A stretch of DNA of 32,080 nucleotides from positions 1 to 32,080 of IMG/VR virus record IMGVR_UViG_3300030108_003561. One strand, written 5' to 3'. Origin of the DNA: a virus. The notes under the pieces were generated by a model. The model worked only from the letters and a program-made list of their open reading frames with translations, did not search any database and had not been told where the DNA came from. Of this stretch, positions 26,711 to 32,080 are shown in pieces (positions within the stretch are counted from its first letter, which is position 1; each line of letters starts with the position of its first letter). Both the position numbers and the translations under genes were made by a program.

Positions 26711-26946
26711 TATTTTTTCTCCTTTAATGTCTCTTTTATTTCAGATATATCATTCATTATAATATCCAATTTATATTCAATAATTTTTCTATCAGCTTGA
26801 CTTTCTCTTTTATCTGTTTTTAAATCAAGTTCTTTTTTTATTGCATTAATATCATATTGCATAAATCCAAATGCCAATATGACAGAACAAATAAGAGTAA
26901 TAACTGTAATAATATTTTCAATTGATATATTTGTATTAAGCTTCAT
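26710..26946 (-). CDS. N-terminal TM anchor + coiled-coil protein (holin / i-spanin-class candidate)
   Basis: 78 aa. TM segment IITVITLICSVILAFGF followed by K/E-rich heptad-like sequence. Confidence 0.6.
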   Translation of the reverse strand: MKLNTNISIENIITVITLICSVILAFGFMQYDINAIKKELDLKTDKRESQADRKIIEYKLDIIMNDISEIKETLKEKK

Positions 26947-27263
26947 TAATTCTTGCCGTTTATTCTGCTAAGGCTTCCTTTTATTTCCGATACCTGATTG
27001 TCCAAATCATTAATTTCCTTCGTAAGCGAATCAAATTTTCTGTCAAGTTTGTCGTCACTCTGATTCCACCTCCCAATAAGCTTAATAACCATACTTTCCA
27101 TGTTCTCAAGCGTTTCACTTTGACCTTTATTTTCTATCTTTAGATTTTGCAAAGCTTCTTCCTGGGCCGACCCTCTTTTGTTCATAGAGTAAACCATATA
27201 AACTAACAAAGCCCCGACGACACCTATCATACCCGCTTCGCTGTAAATCGCCATAAAATCCAT
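26946..27263 (-). CDS. N-terminal TM anchor + coiled-coil protein (i-spanin / holin-class candidate)
   Basis: 105 aa. TM segment AGMIGVVGALLVYMVY followed by a long predicted coiled coil. Confidence 0.6.
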   Translation of the reverse strand: MDFMAIYSEAGMIGVVGALLVYMVYSMNKRGSAQEEALQNLKIENKGQSETLENMESMVIKLIGRWNQSDDKLDRKFDSLTKEINDLDNQVSEIKGSLSRINGKN

Positions 27264-27364
27264 TATTTTTTTTCATTTCTTTTTTTCTTGCAAGCCTGGC
27301 AAATTGCACCATAAGCAATTAAGATTGATTTTTTGCAATCAATGCATTTATAAGCATCTTTCAT
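27263..27364 (-). CDS. Possible 33-aa Cys4 mini-protein (not in ORF track)
   Basis: Hand translation gives MKDAYKCIDCKKSILIAYGAICQACKKKRNEKK (CxxC-x11-CxxC). Codon use is A/T3-rich, and it has a TAATG junction with the next gene. The RBS is weak. Confidence 0.4.
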   Translation of the reverse strand: MKDAYKCIDCKKSILIAYGAICQACKKKRNEKK

Positions 27365-27458
27365 TTTCCAGCTCTACGCAACTCTCTATTAATAAAATAA
27401 TTATGTTCAATGTCATCTAATTGTATATTTAAATCTTCTTCCCACCAATTATAATGAT

Positions 27459-27803
27459 TTATTTTCTTCTTTTTTTCTTTCCCCATGATAAGGGATTTAG
27501 TGATAAATTTAATTCTTTTTGATACCATTCTAATTTTTCTTGCATTTCAGTTATTTTTACTTCTTCTTCTTTTATGTGCTTTTCTACAAGTTCTTCAATG
27601 TCGGAATTAGCAAGTTCCATTCTTCGTTCAAGTTCTGCAATTCTATTTGTAATTTCCAAGTATCCATAAATAACCGCAAAGATTGCAATAAGCAGCTGGC
27701 CAAGCCACTTGATATTAATATGAACGGAAAAGTTATCATCAATAATTCCCGTTTTAACGCTTCTTGCCGTCTGCGGTTTGTAGTCTTTTTCATCAGGATT
27801 CAA
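27459..27803 (-). CDS. TM + coiled-coil protein with a basic C-terminus (holin / i-spanin-class candidate)
   Basis: 114 aa. TM segment WLGQLLIAIFAVIYGYL, coiled coil, and a C-terminal KKKRRK. The start is TTG, overlapping the upstream stop (ATTTGA). Confidence 0.6.
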   Translation of the reverse strand: MNPDEKDYKPQTARSVKTGIIDDNFSVHINIKWLGQLLIAIFAVIYGYLEITNRIAELERRMELANSDIEELVEKHIKEEEVKITEMQEKLEWYQKELNLSLNPLSWGKKKRRK

Positions 27804-27916
27804 ATCTCATAACCCATTATTGACCAGCTTCCATCGCAGGCTGTCAAAATAAATGTTAAAAAAAATAATGATACAATTATTATGATTTTCATTAAATCTG
27901 TGTAGTCTTTTTTCAT
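27800..27916 (-). CDS. Mini-lipoprotein, 38 aa (not in ORF track)
   Basis: Hand translation gives MKKDYTDLMKIIIIVSLFFLTFILTACDGSWSIMGYEI. It has a signal peptide with lipobox L-T-A-C. Codon use is genome-typical. The ORF exactly fills the gap between two genes, with a TAATG junction upstream and a stop overlapping the next start. Confidence 0.55.
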   Translation of the reverse strand: MKKDYTDLMKIIIIVSLFFLTFILTACDGSWSIMGYEI

Positions 27917-28185
27917 TATAATTCTGTTGCTATTCCATTAATTAGGGTATGTTTTCCAACTTGTATTTTTTTTATTTTATCTTCAGAATTATTTAAAAAG
28001 GATGATTGAGCAGTAATCCAAGAATTAGTTCTTTTGATAACTGCTCCATCACTTATTACAATATAAGACTTATTCTGTGCATCAAAAGAGATAGTTTCAT
28101 CACTAAATTTATATGTTACATTTTCTTTTGTTCTTGGTTTAAAAATGTAAACTTTGTTTCCTTTTGCACATTTTCGAACAAGCAT
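27916..28185 (-). CDS. Hypothetical protein
   Basis: 89-aa ORF with single-base overlap junctions. Confidence 0.6.
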   Translation of the reverse strand: MLVRKCAKGNKVYIFKPRTKENVTYKFSDETISFDAQNKSYIVISDGAVIKRTNSWITAQSSFLNNSEDKIKKIQVGKHTLINGIATEL

Positions 28186-28406
28186 TATTCTTCTTTAGAC
28201 TCCTTTAAAGATTCTTTTAAACGATTTATAAAAGCTTCTTTCCCAACATTAAGTTGATCTAAATTAAAAGCAGTTCCTGAAATTTTATTTTCTAAATCTG
28301 CTATATGATTTACCATTGCTTTCTGCTCATCTGTCAAGTCATCCAACAAATATTCTTTGTCGAATAGGTTCAACTTTTGAGGCTCTTTTTTTTCTTTTTT
28401 AGCCAC
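28185..28406 (-). CDS. Hypothetical protein
   Basis: 73-aa ORF with a GTG start and AGGAG 6 nt upstream. Confidence 0.6.
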   Translation of the reverse strand: MAKKEKKEPQKLNLFDKEYLLDDLTDEQKAMVNHIADLENKISGTAFNLDQLNVGKEAFINRLKESLKESKEE

Positions 28407-28430
28407 GATTGACTCCTATTTGGTTATTGA

Positions 28431-28754
28431 TTAAAGTGCTTTTAAATCTTTTTCTAGTTCTTCCCAATCAGCTTGCTCAGCTTTTGCTTCAGATGCTCTA
28501 TCTTTGCATTGCTGTATTTGTCTAGCTACATCTTCTAAACTCCAAGATGAAACTGCATCGTCTAGTGCTTTACCACTATTGGAATCCCATTGCTTTCGCA
28601 CTAATTGTAATTCATCATGTGATTGCTCTGCTTGTGCTTCTCTAACAACATTTCCGTCATCATCTTTGACCTCAGAAATTGCTGGAGAATCAACAATCTT
28701 AGCTTTCTTTACAGACCAACTTTTAGCAGATTTCATTGCTTTATAGTTTTTCAT
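28431..28754 (-). CDS. Hypothetical acidic protein
   Basis: 107-aa ORF with a TAATG junction to the tail-fibre stop. Confidence 0.6.
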   Translation of the reverse strand: MKNYKAMKSAKSWSVKKAKIVDSPAISEVKDDDGNVVREAQAEQSHDELQLVRKQWDSNSGKALDDAVSSWSLEDVARQIQQCKDRASEAKAEQADWEELEKDLKAL

Positions 28755-31700
28755 TATTTATCCTTAAGTTGTTTTTTAAGATTATTTACTTGCGTACTTA
28801 ATTCCTGTACCGCATTTACTAATGCCCAAATCATTGGTTCTTGATTAGCGGATAACCATTCGCCATCATCTTTAATCATTTCGGGCAAAACTTTTTGTGC
28901 TTCTTGAGCGATAATTCCTTGTCGTTTTTTATCAGAATTATATTTATATGGATTGTCTTTTTTAAAGTTATATGATACAATTCTTAAATTGTTTATTGCA
29001 TCTAAACCTACATTCCAATCCTCAACATTTTCTTTTAATCTGCCATCAGATGTTGTACTCCATGCAGAACCATTATCGCCCATAAAAACATCTGCACAAC
29101 TTGAGTTACCAATAATTGCACTATTATTTTGGACTCCAGTAGCACCTTTACCAATAACAATTTGATTTTGAGCATCAGCAGTAGATACATCTGAAGAACT
29201 ACCAATTAATATATTTTCATCGCCAGTAGTAAGAGTTTCTCCAGCCCTATATCCCGCAAGGTTATTGTGTTCGCCATTAGTTATATTTCTGCCTACTTGA
29301 GAACCAATAGCAGTATTATATGAATTTGCACCTTTGTTTTGACTTTTTAATGCTTGATAACCAATAGCTACGACTTGACCAGCAAAAGATTCATCTGTTA
29401 AAGATTGATAACCTATAGATACAACTTCTCCACCGCCAACATTAGCATCTAGTGAAAAAGCCCCAATACTAGTTGCTCCAATCGCAGTAGTCATTAATTT
29501 TCCAGCCTCATATCCTAAATATGTATTATTAGTGCCTGTTGTTGTATCATAACCTGCATGATATCCTAGTGCAGTGTTCCCAGTATTCTCATCATTACTA
29601 TCACTATTTTGACTAAATAAAGCTTGATATCCTATGGCGGTTGTACCTCTACCAACATCTTCTGTATTTAATGCTTGAACACCAACAGCCGTATTATTGT
29701 CTCCAGTTGTCATACTAGCCATAACATTCGAACCAACTGCCGTATTACCATTTCCAGTTGTAAGAGCAACACCTGCATTAGAACCTAAAAGAGTAGAATC
29801 AAATGAAGTTGTAACCGCATACCCAGCTTTATATCCAAGAGCGGTATTATTTGCAGTTCCATTTCTATCATGACTTCTTAACGCTTGATAACCTATTGCA
29901 GTATTAAAATCTGAATCAGCATTTGTCTGTAATGCTTCATATCCAATAGCAGTATTATTTGTGCCTGTGGTCAAAGCAGTAAGAGCATTATAACCTATTG
30001 CAACTTCACCTTCAAAATTATTAGAACCAGTAGAATTAAGAGCGTTTTTACCTATGGCAACAACTCTTTTTAAATCTCCACTTCCACCAGTTCCAGCATA
30101 TCCACCAATAATTACATTTTCTATTGAATTTGAACCAGTTATGCTATACCCCGAGGAAGCTCCAATAATGACATTTGTATTTTGAGTTGTAAGAGAAAAA
30201 GCAGAATCTGCACCTAATGCAACATTTGTACCACCAGTTGTAACATTTTTTAAAGTTTGATAACCTAATGCTGTGTTATTACTGCCTGATGTAATTACTT
30301 TTAAAGTATCTACTCCAACTCCGACATTATTAGTTGCAGTAAAATTATATGAACTTCCTGAACCTTGAGAGCCACCCATTGATGATTTACCAATACCAAC
30401 ATTATTATTAGCGGTATTATTATTTGTAGTGCTATAATCTCCGTTTGCACCAGCACCAGCACCCATAAAAGTATTATTATCAGCTTGATCTGACCCTAAA
30501 GAATATCCAGCAACATATCCTACTAATGTGTTATGAGTTGAGTCTAATAATTTTAGACCAGCTTGATACCCAACTATTGTTGTGTAATCTATTGTTGTTG
30601 CAGTTTGACCAGCTTGGTAACCGATTGCTGTTGTTCTGTTACCTGAAGTAAGTGCATTAAGAGATTGATGACCTATAGCAACTATACCAGTAATACCATC
30701 CAAAGAGGCTTCCATAGCATAATTACCAATACCAATATTCTTATTAGAGGCAGTATTTGCCCAAGTTCCACCACCAGCACTATTTCCTATAAAAATATTA
30801 TGTTCCGAACCTGCAGAAGTAGAACCAGCATTAGTATCATCCATTGCAAAATTACCGATAGCAGTGTTATAACTACCAGTTCCATGAACATTCATAGAGG
30901 CTCTACCAATAGCAATATTACCCTGGCCAGTTGTTTGTTCTTGTAAAGCACCAGTACCTATAGCAACCATATTATCTGCTGTGGTTATCCCACTTAAAGC
31001 TGAATAGCCAAGTGCAGTATTATATAAAGCTCCATCTAAAGCTGAATCCAAAACAAAACTACCAATACCAACATTTCCTGCTATATTTGTATTTGTCCAA
31101 GTTCCACTGCCTGTGCCATATCCTATGAATACATTATCTGAAGAAGCTAGAGAGGTAGAACCAGCATCTGTATTATTCATACTAGCATACCCAATAGCAA
31201 TGTTTCTATCTCCAGTTGTATGAGTTTGTAATGCTAATGAACCAAGAGCAACATTATAATTACCACCACTAGCTATTGAACTACCTGCTAATTTTCCAAA
31301 AAGTGTATTATCTGTACCACTATCATTATTAGATAGACTAATGCGAGAATTGTCATCAAGTTTCATTCTTGCATTACCTTCAAAAAAGATTCCTAAAGTT
31401 GAATTATTAGTACTATTGTAAATTGAGGCTATATGTATGTCAGCATCATAATTTCTAAGGTGAATTGCAGACATTGTATCAGCAGTAGAACTAGTATTTT
31501 CAATTCTTAATCCGTTACCACCCCAAGCTCCGTTAGAACCGCCACTAAATGATGTATTTGTATTTGCAAATCTAATATCAGTTTGATAGTAAGGAGAATC
31601 TGTTCCAATACCAATTTTGTTATTACTATCTAATATTGTTAATGCAGATGAGCTTAATCCATTATTAAAAAAGTCAATTTTATCTGCTCCTGGTTGATAC

Positions 31701-32080
31701 CTTAAAAACCACTTTGTACCAGTATTATCATCAAATTGAACTGTGCTATTATTTATTCCTTTTAGATGTAATGAAGCACCTGTAGATGAACCACCAGTAA
31801 TTAATGCAGTTGGAAAACTAGTTCCTTCAATGTGCAATAATTGGCTAGGCGATTCCGTACCTATACCAACCGCAGTTCCATCTCTTAAAAAAGTCATTAC
31901 TGGTATATCATTGCTTACTGTTGTACCAGTAGCATTATGCGTTCCAATAATAAATTTATTATTTGTACCATCGTATTTTAAATAACCACCTTGAAAACCA
32001 TTTTCAGCTAATCTTATAAATGTACTATTATTTACATCTGCTGATTGTAATAAAATAGTTCCATCATTAGCAGAAATAGT
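28754..32080 (-). CDS. Tail fibre protein, remainder of the gene (open to the window edge; 31982-32080 duplicates 1-99). Joined product is 1305 aa.
   Basis: The track ORF is 28754..31897, but the frame has no stop upstream of M31897 to the window end. It has repeated (V/I)GIGT-SP motifs and about 50 degenerate N-T-A-(I/L/V)-G-Y-x-A repeats of YadA-head/beta-roll type. The C-terminus TTSDGRLKENVED...IIAQEAQKVLPE... matches the S74 intramolecular-chaperone autoprocessing domain of tail fibres and endosialidases. Confidence 0.85.
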   Translation of the reverse strand, partial: TISANDGTILLQSADVNNSTFIRLAENGFQGGYLKYDGTNNKFIIGTHNATGTTVSNDIPVMTFLRDGTAVGIGTESPSQLLHIEGTSFPTALITGGSSTGASLHLKGINNSTVQFDDNTGTKWFLRYQPGADKIDFFNNGLSSSALTILDSNNKIGIGTDSPYYQTDIRFANTNTSFSGGSNGAWGGNGLRIENTSSTADTMSAIHLRNYDADIHIASIYNSTNNSTLGIFFEGNARMKLDDNSRISLSNNDSGTDNTLFGKLAGSSIASGGNYNVALGSLALQTHTTGDRNIAIGYASMNNTDAGSTSLASSDNVFIGYGTGSGTWTNTNIAGNVGIGSFVLDSALDGALYNTALGYSALSGITTADNMVAIGTGALQEQTTGQGNIAIGRASMNVHGTGSYNTAIGNFAMDDTNAGSTSAGSEHNIFIGNSAGGGTWANTASNKNIGIGNYAMEASLDGITGIVAIGHQSLNALTSGNRTTAIGYQAGQTATTIDYTTIVGYQAGLKLLDSTHNTLVGYVAGYSLGSDQADNNTFMGAGAGANGDYSTTNNNTANNNVGIGKSSMGGSQGSGSSYNFTATNNVGVGVDTLKVITSGSNNTALGYQTLKNVTTGGTNVALGADSAFSLTTQNTNVIIGASSGYSITGSNSIENVIIGGYAGTGGSGDLKRVVAIGKNALNSTGSNNFEGEVAIGYNALTALTTGTNNTAIGYEALQTNADSDFNTAIGYQALRSHDRNGTANNTALGYKAGYAVTTSFDSTLLGSNAGVALTTGNGNTAVGSNVMASMTTGDNNTAVGVQALNTEDVGRGTTAIGYQALFSQNSDSNDENTGNTALGYHAGYDTTTGTNNTYLGYEAGKLMTTAIGATSIGAFSLDANVGGGEVVSIGYQSLTDESFAGQVVAIGYQALKSQNKGANSYNTAIGSQVGRNITNGEHNNLAGYRAGETLTTGDENILIGSSSDVSTADAQNQIVIGKGATGVQNNSAIIGNSSCADVFMGDNGSAWSTTSDGRLKENVEDWNVGLDAINNLRIVSYNFKKDNPYKYNSDKKRQGIIAQEAQKVLPEMIKDDGEWLSANQEPMIWALVNAVQELSTQVNNLKKQLKDK
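31982..32080. repeat. Terminal direct repeat, copy 2 (overlap of a circular assembly)
   Basis: Identical to 1-99. Unit genome length is therefore 31,981 bp. Confidence 0.95.

Noticed and set aside
27365-27458. Sigma-70-like promoter matches (ATGACA-17 nt-ATTAAT here; TTTACA...TAAAAA at 15800-15830)
   Set aside because: Hexamer matches of this quality are expected by chance in such AT-rich DNA. They are not reported as features without transcript data.
27800-27802. TGA read as a sense codon (genetic code 4/25), joining the mini-lipoprotein ORF to the embedded 69-codon ORF
   Set aside because: TGA acts as a normal stop elsewhere (for example 7059-7061 and 21974-21976). All motif-bearing genes are intact under the standard code.
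29095-31330. Periodic nucleotide similarity in the fibre gene that might be taken for a CRISPR array or tandem DNA repeat
   Set aside because: The repeats are degenerate, of variable length and in frame within one long ORF. They are protein-level beta-roll repeats with no spacer/repeat structure.
31895-31897. ATG 31897 as the start of the tail-fibre gene, as in the ORF track
   Set aside because: The frame is open upstream to the window edge and continues in phase through the circular junction to ATG 690, which sits just after the previous gene's stop. Met-31897 is therefore internal.
1379-31985. All plus-strand ORFs in the track (for example 1379-1588, 2616-2846, 8473-8658, 10410-10622, 20421-20648, 27540-27812, 28504-28746, 30665-30946, 31743-31985)
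   Set aside because: Each lies antisense inside a longer, motif-bearing minus-strand gene. They have low-complexity F/L/I/S-rich translations typical of shadow frames in AT-rich DNA, and none has a convincing RBS.
1-32080. tRNA genes, CRISPR arrays, an integrase/att module, toxin-antitoxin pairs and a reverse transcriptase/DGR
   Set aside because: No cloverleaf-capable GC-rich segments, repeat-spacer arrays, or recombinase or RT motifs were seen on either strand. A covariance-model scan (tRNAscan-SE/Infernal) would be needed to exclude small RNAs formally.

Overview
The window is a complete, circularly closed genome of an AT-rich tailed phage with siphovirus-like gene content. Bases 1-99 are repeated exactly at 31982-32080, so the unit genome is 31,981 bp plus a 99-bp assembly overlap. 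Every credible gene is on the minus strand. Genes are tightly packed, with many 1-8 nt stop/start overlaps and several TTG/GTG starts. No tRNA, CRISPR array, integrase, DNA polymerase or helicase was recognised.

Modules in the direction of transcription (high to low coordinates):
- Early genes of unknown function: 15789->13481.
- Small replication/recombination block: 13479->11033, with a resolvase-like nuclease and a replisome-organiser-like protein.
- DNA-modification block: 11033->7946, with a C5-cytosine methyltransferase, a ParB-like protein and a Mom-like GNAT-fold protein.
- Packaging and head: 7940->1409, with a TerS-like protein, two tiny basic ORFs, TerL, portal, MuF-like protein, scaffold and major capsid.
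- A 1305-aa tail fibre that crosses the linearisation point: 690->1 joined to 31981->28754.
- Lysis-type region: 28754->26043, with a mini-lipoprotein, three TM+coiled-coil proteins and an M15 endolysin.
- A zinc-ribbon metallophosphoesterase, then connector and tail genes: 24969->15991, with major tail protein, G/GT chaperones carrying a canonical -1 slippery heptamer, tape measure and a LamG-domain tail protein.

Most interesting candidates:
- The translationally coupled ParB-like + Mom-like pair next to an orphan Dcm-type methylase, a possible two-component DNA hypermodification system.
- The Zn-ribbon phosphoesterase fusion beside the endolysin.
- The lipoprotein/TM-coiled-coil lysis cluster, including an embedded lipobox ORF.
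- A two-copy GC-rich structured element in intergenic DNA.
- The YadA-like/S74-chaperone tail fibre.

All functional calls come from motifs read by eye. No database search was run.
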